Positions 31,847 to 41,519 of a stretch of DNA of 64,000 bases are shown here, piece after piece (the first letter of the stretch is position 1; every line of letters begins with the position of its first letter). Under the pieces are notes generated by a model. It did no database searches and was not told where the DNA came from. It saw only the letters and a program-made list of their open reading frames with translations. This stretch comes from Promethearchaeota archaeon Loki_b31. GTDB lineage: Archaea; Asgardarchaeota; Lokiarchaeia; Sigyniarchaeales; SOKP01. Both the position numbers and the translations under genes were made by a program. The stretch is from NCBI GenBank assembly GCA_005222975.1, contig NJBI01000003.1, positions 70,962 through 134,961 on the forward strand, given 5' to 3'.

Positions 31847-32818
31847 ATGAATCGACAAAATCGCGGTGAAAATAGCAAGGTGCTAATAGAATTTCAAACC
31901 GTATCAAAAAGCTATAAGAATACTTTAGCTTTAGATAAAGTTTCTTTCGCTATAAACAAAGGAGATGTGTTTGGATATATTGGACCTAACGGAGCGGGAA
32001 AAACTACCACAATTAAGATTCTAGTAGGACTAATAAGAGATTATACTGGAGATGTGTATATCGCCGGGAAAAATATATCTAAATCTCGCCAAGAGATATA
32101 TAAAATACTAGGTTATCATCCACAAGAAGCGGGGTTCCAAAGATGGCGCACTATAAATCACGCTCTAAGAACTTTTGGGCGTTTATCGGGCTTAGAATCG
32201 ACTCTTCTTGAATCAAAAATTCGGGAAGTACTGGAATTTGTTAATCTACAAGATGTAAGGTATAAAAAGATAATTCATTTATCGGGAGGGATGATTCAGA
32301 AATTAAGATTAGCTCAAGCGCTTCTAAATGACCCTCAGATATTGGTGTTAGATGAGCCCTTATCCGGATTAGATCCGAGTAGTAGGTATCAAGTGAAAAA
32401 CCTAATAAAAAATCTGAGCCAAAAGGGAATTACTATATTATTTTCCTCTCACATTTTAACTGACATTCAAGATATCGCAAATAAGATCGGTATAGTGAAT
32501 AAAGGCAGAATTATTAAAATTGGCTCCCCTGATGAACTGCAAAGTGAGTTCCACATAGGTAACATTGTCGAAATTGTATATATTAAAGGAGGAAACCCTT
32601 GTCCAAATTTAGAGGATATAGACGGAATCGAAAGAATCGAAAAAGGCGCTTCTAATAAACAAATTGCTCATTTAAAAGGAGATGCTGATATAGACGATAC
32701 AATCCACGGGATACTTAAAAAAATAACAGAACACAAGTCTAAAATGCGCAATTTTAGAATTCTAACGCCAAGTTTAGAGGAAGTCTATTTAAAATATATT
32801 GAGGGTGATGTTAGATGA
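31847..32818 (+). CDS. ABC-2 type transporter ATP-binding protein
   Basis: GPNGAGKTT, LSGGM, LDEPLSGLDP, SSH. Confidence 0.93.
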   Translation: MNRQNRGENSKVLIEFQTVSKSYKNTLALDKVSFAINKGDVFGYIGPNGAGKTTTIKILVGLIRDYTGDVYIAGKNISKSRQEIYKILGYHPQEAGFQRWRTINHALRTFGRLSGLESTLLESKIREVLEFVNLQDVRYKKIIHLSGGMIQKLRLAQALLNDPQILVLDEPLSGLDPSSRYQVKNLIKNLSQKGITILFSSHILTDIQDIANKIGIVNKGRIIKIGSPDELQSEFHIGNIVEIVYIKGGNPCPNLEDIDGIERIEKGASNKQIAHLKGDADIDDTIHGILKKITEHKSKMRNFRILTPSLEEVYLKYIEGDVR

Positions 32819-33477
32819 GTTTAAAGATTTTATTCTTAGATGAATTGAAAGGATTCTATAAATCAAAAGTTATGATTATTTTGTGGGTAGGAATGCCCTT
32901 GTTATCGCTGCTATTCCATTATATCGTCCCAGACACTGAAGGTATTCCAATCTCTTCTATAGTTGCAATTATATTTTCTAGCATTGGTGGAATGCTTGCT
33001 TCTGCTATGTTGAGTACGTCTATTGCGAGTGAAAAAATACGGCATGTTTACGATTTATTTTTAATTCGACCAGTTAGACGTACAAATATACTTTTAGCGA
33101 AATTCTTTGCCGTGTATTTGTGTTTAATTATTGCTACAGGCATCTCTCTTGTAGTCGGACTTATTATTGATCAATTAACTATAGGAACTCTTCCTGAATA
33201 TGTTATAGATCAAACAATAGAGTCACTATCGATAAGTTTGGCAGCTATGGCAATCTCTTGTTCTATTGGAATATTTTTTGGCGTAATGGTTTCATCTGTT
33301 CCGGTTGCAGCAATATTGTCAGTCTATTTAGGCAATCAACTTTCAGCAATTTCCATTTTACCAACGCTCCTCATAGATTTTATTGATCCTATTATTTATT
33401 CTTTACTTTTAGGTTCTATCGTACCAGCAATCATCCTTATAATAAGCATAACAATATTTGCGCGGAAACAGTTTTAA
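32815..33477 (+). CDS. ABC-2 type permease
   Basis: About 6 TM helices, SIASEK..LLAKF. ATGA overlap with the ATPase. Confidence 0.88.
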   Translation: MSLKILFLDELKGFYKSKVMIILWVGMPLLSLLFHYIVPDTEGIPISSIVAIIFSSIGGMLASAMLSTSIASEKIRHVYDLFLIRPVRRTNILLAKFFAVYLCLIIATGISLVVGLIIDQLTIGTLPEYVIDQTIESLSISLAAMAISCSIGIFFGVMVSSVPVAAILSVYLGNQLSAISILPTLLIDFIDPIIYSLLLGSIVPAIILIISITIFARKQF

Positions 33478-33499
33478 TTGATCAATAAAATTGATTTTC

Positions 33500-35059
33500 T
33501 TATAACAAATATTCTTCTTTTTTAGCATAATTTACTTTAAAGAGATCAAGCCATTTATTGAATTTCTCTAATCGTTTTTGAAAAGATTTAAAATTCTTCT
33601 TGTTTTTAGGCGTCCAACCCGTTTCTGCAACAGCGATTAACCTTGGAAATGCTTGCCATTCTAGGTTTTTCTTATTTTTTACAAATTCCGTCCATAAACA
33701 TGCCTCAATTCCTAAAATTTTATCGTGATATTTTGCTTCTAATTCGTTTGGAATTGGTTCGTAATTATATGCCCTTTCTAAGGGGATTATTTTATAAGGG
33801 TAATTTAGATAAACCGCTGACATTTCAGACATCACTACTTTCCTTCCCAATCTTGCGTGCTCTAAAACTTGCTTTAAATTCATCGTCCAATAATGACATA
33901 TCGCGTTTTCGTTAAGTTTGTCGTTTAGAATTTCGTTCCATCCTATTACCTGTCTTCCTTTAGACCCTAAATAATCTGCAATTCTATTCGTAAAATATAC
34001 TTGTAAATTTTCTACGCTTCCAAGGCTCTCGTCTTTAATACGAGCTTGGCAATCAAGACATTTTTTCCACCTCTTTTTAGGAGCTTCATCGCCACCAATA
34101 TGAATTATGCTAGAAGGGAAAATCTCAATAATTTCGTTTAAAACATTTTGAGTAAATTCAAAAACCTTTTCTTTTCCTATACAAAGTACCTCTTTATGAA
34201 TCCCAAACCGAGTACTAACTTTAAAGGGTCCGCCAGTACAACTCAACTCGGGATAAGCCGCGAGAGCTGCCGTTGTGTGCCCGGGAAAATCTAATTCTGG
34301 AATAATTGTAATAAACCGCTCAGTAGCGTATTGAATCAGTTCACGAAGATCTTGTTGTGTGTAATAGCCTGATACAGGAATTCCATCTAGAGGAACTTTA
34401 TTTTTTTTATTACTTCTAAAAGATCGTTGAGAAGCTATTGTTCCCTCCCGTTTTGAGCCGATTTCTGTAAGTAGCGGATATTTCTTTATTTCTACCCTCC
34501 ACCCTTGATCATCAGTAAGGTGGAAGTGAAACTTGTTTAATTTTAATAAAGCCATAAAGTCGAGTACTTTTTTTATCTCATCTTTTTCAAAGAAGTGACG
34601 GGCTACATCTAGCATAAATCCTCGACACTGAAATCGAGGATAATCCTCTATTACCACACACGGAATAGATAATTTCAAACCTATGTTTTTGGTTCCAATT
34701 ATTTTAAGTGGAATTAACTGCCGCATCGTCTGGATGCCGTAAAATATTCCATTAGGTGTAGGAGCCAGAATCTCAATACGTTTTTGTGAAACTATTAAAG
34801 TGTATCCTTCGTGGTTTAGCTGTTTTTCGTTTTTAACTGTTTTAAGAATAATAATATTATTAGTTTCCTTAGTTTGTGAACCTTCCTTTATAACAAGATT
34901 TAATCCGAGCGTTGATAATAAAATCTGCTTTAGTTGCTCGGCAATTGCTTTTAATTTTAAATCTGTCAAAATTAGAGTTTTTTCGTTAAGAGTAAACGCT
35001 CCCTCTTTTGACGAGATATTAACAGGTTCCGGGATTATATTAAGCTCTTTTTGAGTCAT
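33500..35059 (-). CDS. Beta-N-acetylhexosaminidase (GH20)
   Basis: RGFMLDVARHF, FHLTDDQGWR, PELDFPGH, HIGGDE. Confidence 0.95.
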   Translation of the reverse strand: MTQKELNIIPEPVNISSKEGAFTLNEKTLILTDLKLKAIAEQLKQILLSTLGLNLVIKEGSQTKETNNIIILKTVKNEKQLNHEGYTLIVSQKRIEILAPTPNGIFYGIQTMRQLIPLKIIGTKNIGLKLSIPCVVIEDYPRFQCRGFMLDVARHFFEKDEIKKVLDFMALLKLNKFHFHLTDDQGWRVEIKKYPLLTEIGSKREGTIASQRSFRSNKKNKVPLDGIPVSGYYTQQDLRELIQYATERFITIIPELDFPGHTTAALAAYPELSCTGGPFKVSTRFGIHKEVLCIGKEKVFEFTQNVLNEIIEIFPSSIIHIGGDEAPKKRWKKCLDCQARIKDESLGSVENLQVYFTNRIADYLGSKGRQVIGWNEILNDKLNENAICHYWTMNLKQVLEHARLGRKVVMSEMSAVYLNYPYKIIPLERAYNYEPIPNELEAKYHDKILGIEACLWTEFVKNKKNLEWQAFPRLIAVAETGWTPKNKKNFKSFQKRLEKFNKWLDLFKVNYAKKEEYLL

Positions 35060-35221
35060 TTTACAAGGCTTCCTTCGAATTTTTTAAAATATGATATAGA
35101 ATTAATAAAAAGATTAGGTTAAAGAATTTTAAATTCCATTAAAATTTAAAGATTATTTTGATTACATCGATTAATTAGAAAATAATAAATCTTAAAATTC
35201 AATCGTACTTTTTTTTTTAAT

Positions 35222-35719
35222 ATGAAAGATAAGGATAAGGGACACACCTCGGGTGAATATATTGACCTCAATATTTTAGGAATTCTTAGCGAAAATAGTC
35301 GGGAAAATTATAATCAAATTGCCATCAAATTGGGAAATTCTCCAGTAACTATTAAAAAACATATCGAAGAATTAGAGCAAAAAGGTGTTATAAAAGGGTA
35401 CGGTGTACAAATTGATTTTGAAAAATTAGGTTACGATATTATCGCAACAATAGAAATCACGGTTTCAAAAGGTAAGATGATTGAAGTAGAAACAGATATC
35501 GCGGAAAATCCTAATGTTTTTGGGGTTTACGATATCACAGGAGATTACGATGCCCTCGTTTTTGCTCGTTTCAAAACTCGCACAGAGTTAAGTGAAATGA
35601 TTAAAAAACTTCATGCTTCTCCTTATGTAGAACGAACAAATACCCATCTAATTTTGAATGTAATTAAAGAAGGAAGTTCTTTCGTCAAATTGATAGATAA
35701 AGAGAAGAAAAAGAAGTAG
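35222..35719 (+). CDS. Lrp/AsnC transcriptional regulator
   Basis: HTH plus YDITGDYD, TNTHLIL. Confidence 0.93.
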   Translation: MKDKDKGHTSGEYIDLNILGILSENSRENYNQIAIKLGNSPVTIKKHIEELEQKGVIKGYGVQIDFEKLGYDIIATIEITVSKGKMIEVETDIAENPNVFGVYDITGDYDALVFARFKTRTELSEMIKKLHASPYVERTNTHLILNVIKEGSSFVKLIDKEKKKK

Positions 35720-35824
35720 AAACACATAAAATATTCAACACATAACTTTTTATACGGGATCTTGATAACTTAACATAAGATAAGGATATCAAAAATCAAC
35801 TTAAAAAAAAAAGAACTGATTTTA

Positions 35825-36259
35825 ATGAATTTTTGTCCTCAATGTGGAACAAAGATTGTAGCTTCGTGGAATGTGTGCCCTAATTGTGGACATAATTTAA
35901 AATTAGAGCGAGGATATCAACAACCTGCCCAACCGCAACCTCCCGTACAAATTTACACACAACAAAAACCCGAATATCAACCACACCAATATCGATCCTA
36001 TAATTCTCGTCCGAGAAGTAATAACACAAACGGAATAGTAGCACTCATCTGTGGGCTACTGGGATTATTTGGTGTTATTCCAATAGTTGGTTCAATCATT
36101 GGCATCGTTCTTGGCGCTGTTGGAAAAAAGAATGACGATGATCCTAGAATGGCTAAAGCAGGTTTAGTTCTTGGTATTATTGGAATTGTAATATGGATAG
36201 CCTTTTATATATTTTTATTTTCTTTTATCTTTATGATGTTTAGATATCCACCTGATTGA
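35825..36259 (+). CDS. Zinc-ribbon + Gln/Pro linker + DUF4190-like membrane protein
   Basis: CPQCG..CPNCG, QP-rich linker, ALICGLLG..AKAGLVLGIIG. Confidence 0.8.
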   Translation: MNFCPQCGTKIVASWNVCPNCGHNLKLERGYQQPAQPQPPVQIYTQQKPEYQPHQYRSYNSRPRSNNTNGIVALICGLLGLFGVIPIVGSIIGIVLGAVGKKNDDDPRMAKAGLVLGIIGIVIWIAFYIFLFSFIFMMFRYPPD

Positions 36260-36320
36260 ACTTTCTTTACCTGTAAAGGTTGAAATTTATTCTAAACATA
36301 AAACCCTCAATTTTCCTTTT

Positions 36321-36399
36321 TTACTAAATTTGTCGGGACTCTTTTTTTATTATTCTCATTATGGAAAAGGATCCCCACAAATAAAAAATAAAAAAAATA
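36321..36399. repeat. Composite intergenic element A+B (A repeated at 36920-36956, B at 38991-39039)
   Basis: TTACTAAATTTGTCGGGACTC is identical at 36321 and 36920. TATTYTCATTATGGRAAAGRATYCCCACAAATAAAAAATAAAAAAAATA occurs at 36351 and 38991. Confidence 0.8.
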
Positions 36400-36426
36400 G
36401 TTGATTTTAAGATAATTATTTCTAAA

Positions 36427-36687
36427 TTAATCTCTAACAACTAAGTAAATAATACAGCCAATACAACCAGTTAATAAAACGATTAGTAACCACATAGTTG
36501 CATTCATGTCTCTCTTTTTAGCATCTTTATATACCCAAATTGCTATGAGTAAACTAATAACTAAGCCGACTATGGCTATAATAATAATAAAAAGAAACAA
36601 AAATCCTCCAAAGATTGCAGTTGGATCAAAGGTTGGATCAGTTGGATTAAAAAATTGGGTCAAACTTTGGATCAAAGTAAATAACAT
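36427..36687 (-). CDS. Small membrane protein, PLDc_N-like domain
   Basis: AIWVYKDAKKRDMNATMWLLIVLLTGCIGCIIYLVVR. GAGGG RBS. Confidence 0.75.
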   Translation of the reverse strand: MLFTLIQSLTQFFNPTDPTFDPTAIFGGFLFLFIIIIAIVGLVISLLIAIWVYKDAKKRDMNATMWLLIVLLTGCIGCIIYLVVRD

Positions 36688-36975
36688 TTATTTTTCCCTC
36701 ATTTAATTTTGTTTATGTTTATACAAATTTTTTTAAATTTGTTATATTAACATATTCGCCCTTTTATTTATAAATATATATTTCTCGAAATAACCCATTC
36801 CTATAATTATATTTCAAATTATATCTTTTATCTGAATATAATATCTCTAATTTATCTTTTATTACCAAAATCGCTTAATACGTACAAATTTTTATTTAAA
36901 TCTCCAATTTTTACTTTTATTACTAAATTTGTCGGGACTCCATTTTTATTATTCTTGAATTTTATATCCATAACT

Positions 36976-37194
36976 ATGAGTTTAGAAATTATAGAAAAAA
37001 AAAATCCTGTACTAAAGGAAAATATTTATATCGTGCCAAATGACGATTTTTTTGATCTTTCTCGCGCCATCATCCCCTTTTCAGACTTATTTCAAAAATG
37101 TCCTCGCTTAGATGTATACGCAGGGATGGAAAACATACTTTTTGCTGATAGAGATCCAGAGTATAAAAATATTTTATTATCCGAGTTCTTATAA
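36976..37194 (+). CDS. Hypothetical protein (72 aa)
   Basis: ATG 36976 lies after a TTTATA box; protein-like composition; no motif recognised. Confidence 0.45.
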   Translation: MSLEIIEKKNPVLKENIYIVPNDDFFDLSRAIIPFSDLFQKCPRLDVYAGMENILFADRDPEYKNILLSEFL

Positions 37195-37235
37195 GTTATT
37201 TTACCCTCCACTTTTTTAACATAAAACAAAATTTT

Positions 37236-38285
37236 TTAAAATAGACTCATGTAAGTAAAGTCTTCTGACGCCTCTTCTAAAAATCCGCAACTGGGACATT
37301 TCTGTTTTCTCGGTTTAGATTTTCCGCACGACGAACATATTGCTGAATAAAAGGCAGATGTGAAAGCTTCACCTTGGAGTCCTTCCGAATTGATGACTAG
37401 TCCATCTAATTCAATTTGTCCTAGCGTGTCCTTGCCTTTCTTGAGCTTTGAAATCTTCTTAAACATTTTTTCCGCTTTATCTTGGGCATCTGAGAACGCA
37501 CCTTTACCAGTGGATTCCCACTTAACATTGGTTTCTAAAGATTCAAGGATAGTAGTTTTCCGCACATTGAAATTATGAGACGAACGATGAAGTTCTACAC
37601 CTTTGATCTCACCTTCAGCATCAACAACGACAATTCCGATGGTGTTTTTTGGAAAATTTAATTGCTTACTTCTTTTGATCACTTTTTCTCTCCTCGAATT
37701 TATACCTAATGTGTATTTAGTTTGGTCTTTTACTGTTTTTTTGCTCGCCATCTCCTCGTTCACTTTATTCCATATTCTTGCTTGATTTATTGTTGAGGCT
37801 CCATAACCTTTGGTCGCGCTACTGAACTTGAGTGAGCGCATCTCATTTAACATCCCGCGACTGGCTTTCCCACCATATGAAAAGTTAGCATTTGCCGAAA
37901 GATAATGAGGAGCATGCACGCATTTGACGCTGATTTCTTGCACGGCTCCGGGTTCAACCATAACAGTTCCCACGGAGATTCGGTCCTGCGTTCCTTTTCC
38001 CAAGAATATATCGCCTTCTTCGATGAGAATGGGAAGCTCCCCCAGATTTTTAAAAAGAATGTGAGCTACTTCCGTGCCTTTATCGATAATTTCACACGCT
38101 CCGATTTCCAGTGCTTCTGAAAGAGTGAGATAATCTCTTTCCTCTTTTGGAACTTCCTGTTTAATAATCGGCACGAATGAAATTTCTTCTAATACAATCG
38201 GTTCACCGATCTCCATTCCGTCCGAGTTGACTATTTGAGCAGCGACTTTTTTAATTACTTCTAACTCGGTCATAATATTTTTCAC
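37236..38285 (-). CDS. ARPP-1 (DUF6569)-like protein with C-terminal zinc ribbon
   Basis: DYLTLSEAL, LFKNLGELPILIEEGDIFLGKGTQDRI, EISVKCVH, QARIWNKV, CSSC..CPSC. AAGGTGA at the start. Confidence 0.7.
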   Translation of the reverse strand: MKNIMTELEVIKKVAAQIVNSDGMEIGEPIVLEEISFVPIIKQEVPKEERDYLTLSEALEIGACEIIDKGTEVAHILFKNLGELPILIEEGDIFLGKGTQDRISVGTVMVEPGAVQEISVKCVHAPHYLSANANFSYGGKASRGMLNEMRSLKFSSATKGYGASTINQARIWNKVNEEMASKKTVKDQTKYTLGINSRREKVIKRSKQLNFPKNTIGIVVVDAEGEIKGVELHRSSHNFNVRKTTILESLETNVKWESTGKGAFSDAQDKAEKMFKKISKLKKGKDTLGQIELDGLVINSEGLQGEAFTSAFYSAICSSCGKSKPRKQKCPSCGFLEEASEDFTYMSLF

Positions 38286-38462
38286 CTTTTTAATTTGATT
38301 AATTGATATGAATTGATTTAGAATTGTTTAATTATTAAATAATCAAACAGTGGAATTTTTCCTTCTAATCTTGTATCTTAAGATAATTTGAATATATAAA
38401 TCTATGTTTCCAACATGAGGAGGATGAAATTTAAGATGATTAGTTGCGATACATTTATATAA

Positions 38463-38732
38463 GATTTCACTCTCGACGAGCTTCTTGAGTGCTTTGCTTA
38501 TACCTATAAACGCTTAGGGATTAGTTTTGAATATCTCTTTTGCCCTCATCTTGCGTTTCCGCAGATTTATTATGGCAGGAAGCCGATGCATGGAATGGGA
38601 GTTGAATTTATTGAAAAACATAAGCTCATTCCTTCCCAATGTATAATGGTAGGTAATATTAAAGTCGCTAATACATTTGCAAATCGCTGTGGGCTTCAAT
38701 TCGTTCACGCAGAGGATTTTTTTAAGGGATGA
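38463..38732 (+). pseudogene. 5'-truncated HAD-IIIA phosphatase (GmhB/PNKP-phosphatase-like) remnant
   Basis: Start-less frame ..FCPHLAFPQIYYGRKPMHGMGVEFIEKHKLIPSQCIMVGNIKVANTFANRCG..AEDFF*. Motif-IV GDxxxD is mutated and the DxD N-terminus is absent. Confidence 0.7.
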
Positions 38733-39058
38733 TACTTGGAAAAAAAAAGTAAATAAAGCAACTGATTAAAAAAAATTTTAAAGTTTTACCTTTAAATTCA
38801 TAATCTGTATTATTTCTATCGATACGCGTTTTTGTGTGGTTAAAAAAATTTTAACGCAAAACAATAAGTTTATAAGCAAGTTACGCATGCTTTATAAAAT
38901 TTTTTAAAATTTCAATAAAAATTGAACTAATTTTACGATAAATCTCAAAGAGAAAAATATATAAAGATACAAACGCTATATTATTTAAAATATTTTCATT
39001 ATGGGAAAGAATTCCCACAAATAAAAAATAAAAAAAATATTTTGTATGTGAATTATGA

Positions 39059-39313
39059 ATGATGTTAGAAAAGTTAGAAAAAAACCCTGAGATTGTGATA
39101 ATCGCAACAGAAGAAGTATTTAAAACATATGAACTAATGTGCTTAGATAAGTTAAAGGAAATAGGGAGATCAACAGCGAAAGGCTGGTCTTTTGCAATGG
39201 GATACAACCATCGTAGTTCACTTGCTAAAATTATTCGAAGGATTAAAGAGAGATACCCTGAGAAGCTTAAAATTTATGAAGATAGATATCCACGCCTCTA
39301 CGAAGCAATGTAG
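39059..39313 (+). CDS. Small hypothetical protein, possibly HTH/wHTH DNA-binding
   Basis: TAKGWSFAMGYNHRSSLAKIIRRI helix-turn-helix-like segment followed by a wing (YPRLYEA). Confidence 0.6.
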   Translation: MMLEKLEKNPEIVIIATEEVFKTYELMCLDKLKEIGRSTAKGWSFAMGYNHRSSLAKIIRRIKERYPEKLKIYEDRYPRLYEAM

Positions 39314-39616
39314 AACTTTTAACAGAAAAGTTAGCGAAGATAATTTTATAATTCTTAACTTGAAAATGCAATGGTTAATAAATCCCGAAACCAATATTCC
39401 AATCACAACCAACGTGAGTGGAATTGCCCGCACGACACAGTAACCAAAATCCCTTGCCATGGAAGCCCTCTATGTTGAATACATAGCCATGGCAAGGGTA
39501 ATAACTATGGTTAGTAAGATATAACTGTGAAAAATATAGTTACTAACTTAACTAGCCCAATATCAACTAATGTAGTGAATAAATTCTAAAAATATAATAA
39601 ATATAAGAAAAAAAAA

Positions 39617-41416
39617 TTAATCCATTGCTTTTTCAAACTCGTTAACAAATTCTTCTATTTGTCTTATCCCTAGCTTCCAAAAGTCGGGCTTGGTTATATC
39701 TAGACCAACAATATCGCCTAGCTCAACAGGAGATAAACTTCCTCCGGCACTTAAAAGTTTCTTAAATTTGGGGATAAAAGCCTGACCTTCTTCTTTATAC
39801 TTGCGATATAAAGCGAATACAAAAAGTTGGGCGTATACATAGGGATAATTGTAAAATCGAAAATTCGGCTGATAATAATGGGGTTTCATAGTCCATTCCC
39901 ATATCATTTCATCGAACCACTCAACGGAATCCCCGTATATTCTATCTCTTCCAGCACACCAGTATTTCGAGATTGTTGGACCATCTAAATTTTCGCCGTT
40001 TTCGATCGCGTCGTATAAACTTTGTTCGAACCATACGCGCCCACTTACTTGAAACGCTGCTTGACCTGCGTCGTCTAACACGTGTGCTAAAAGAGCTCTC
40101 TTTTCTTCGTTACCTTCTGCCTTATTTAGTAAAAGATCTGTCATTAAAAGCTCGCCAAATGTAGACGCAGTTTCTGCAACCGTATATCCTGGGAGGAAAT
40201 TAAAGTACGATTGTTCGTTAAAAGCAAGATAAGCATGAATAGCATGACCAAGCTCGTGAGCGAGAGTATATATTTCATTTAAAGCACCTGTAAACGATTG
40301 TAAAATAAAAGCAGATTTCCCTTTGTACCAAGAGTCGCAGTACGCTCCATTTCTTTTTCCTTTCCTTACAGCAGCGTCTATATGGTTTTTTGTGAACATC
40401 TCATTGACATATTTCTCAAAATCTTTATCAACCTTTCCGTAAGCTTCTAAAACAAGCTCTTTTGCTTCAGTCCAAGAACGTTTTTTCATTGAAGACGCTT
40501 TAAGAGGTGCTCGAACATCAGCACAAGTTAATTTAGGTAAGTTCATTAGTTTTGCTTTAAGTCTTAAATATCTTCTATAAACGCCTATGTTTTCCTCTAT
40601 GACCTTCATCAAGTTGTCAATTATAATTTGTGTTGTATCGTTTGTAATAAGACTCTGATGCATTGCACTATCGTATTTACGCCTTTTAGTAATTTTAATC
40701 CAATCTGAACAGATATTTCTGAGCGCTGTAGAAAAAACGATTTCATTTTTCCCCAATAATCCATAAATCGCCTTGTTTGTAGAAATTCTCGTATCTCTAT
40801 CGGGATGAGTTATTAAACTGTTAGCCTTTCCATAAGATAAAATTTTCTTTTCTCCTTCTACTTCGACCTCAAATTCCCTTGTACTTAACCATTTACCCTG
40901 CAGATTGCTCCATGCTTTTATTCCATATTGGTCCTTTTCTAAAATCAACTGTTCCTCAATCTCTGAGAGTTGATGTGGAACATTCCTTCTAATTTTCTCT
41001 AAATAATGCTTGTAGCTTTTTAATATTGGATCATTTACCAATTCTTTTCGACTATAAACAAGTTTACCGATTTCCAATTCAAAGAAAGCCAGTTTCTTAG
41101 AGATATCAGTGTTAAAGTCATCAATTTTATTTTTTAGCGCCTCTAATTCTGGAATTTCCATGTTCGCATCGTACGACCTATGAGAAAATAACGCTAATTC
41201 TTCGAGATTTTCGTAAAACACTTCTTGCTTCTTAAACAACTCGTATAAATCTTTAGCTGAAAAACTTGGCACGTTAATTTTTCCTTTGTATGCCTTTACA
41301 AAATCTTCCACTTGTTTATGAAGCGAATCCATAGTTTTGGAAATTCTTGGATCATCGTGACCAGAAAAAATTTCAGATAAATCCCACGCAATTTCGTTTT
41401 CTTTCATAATAATCAA
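39617..41416 (-). CDS. pepF: Oligoendopeptidase F (M3B)
   Basis: WDLSEIF, GKRNGAYC, TLAHELGHAIH, AETASTFGE, PHYY..FYNYPY. Confidence 0.93.
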   Translation of the reverse strand: MIIMKENEIAWDLSEIFSGHDDPRISKTMDSLHKQVEDFVKAYKGKINVPSFSAKDLYELFKKQEVFYENLEELALFSHRSYDANMEIPELEALKNKIDDFNTDISKKLAFFELEIGKLVYSRKELVNDPILKSYKHYLEKIRRNVPHQLSEIEEQLILEKDQYGIKAWSNLQGKWLSTREFEVEVEGEKKILSYGKANSLITHPDRDTRISTNKAIYGLLGKNEIVFSTALRNICSDWIKITKRRKYDSAMHQSLITNDTTQIIIDNLMKVIEENIGVYRRYLRLKAKLMNLPKLTCADVRAPLKASSMKKRSWTEAKELVLEAYGKVDKDFEKYVNEMFTKNHIDAAVRKGKRNGAYCDSWYKGKSAFILQSFTGALNEIYTLAHELGHAIHAYLAFNEQSYFNFLPGYTVAETASTFGELLMTDLLLNKAEGNEEKRALLAHVLDDAGQAAFQVSGRVWFEQSLYDAIENGENLDGPTISKYWCAGRDRIYGDSVEWFDEMIWEWTMKPHYYQPNFRFYNYPYVYAQLFVFALYRKYKEEGQAFIPKFKKLLSAGGSLSPVELGDIVGLDITKPDFWKLGIRQIEEFVNEFEKAMD

Positions 41417-41519
41417 GTTGTCATAAATTCTAAAGAATAAAAATCTTATCTTTATAGAAAAACGATCCTAATAAATTGGTTAATTAAATTAAGCTAATCA
41501 ATAGAGTTTTGCAAACAAG

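Noticed and set aside
38514-38708. 64-aa minus-strand ORF
   Set aside because: It is the antisense shadow of the + strand HAD-IIIA remnant.
36321-39039. CRISPR array or IS element
   Set aside because: Only two copies of each repeat half, hundreds to thousands of bases apart, with no cas or transposase genes and no terminal inverted repeats.
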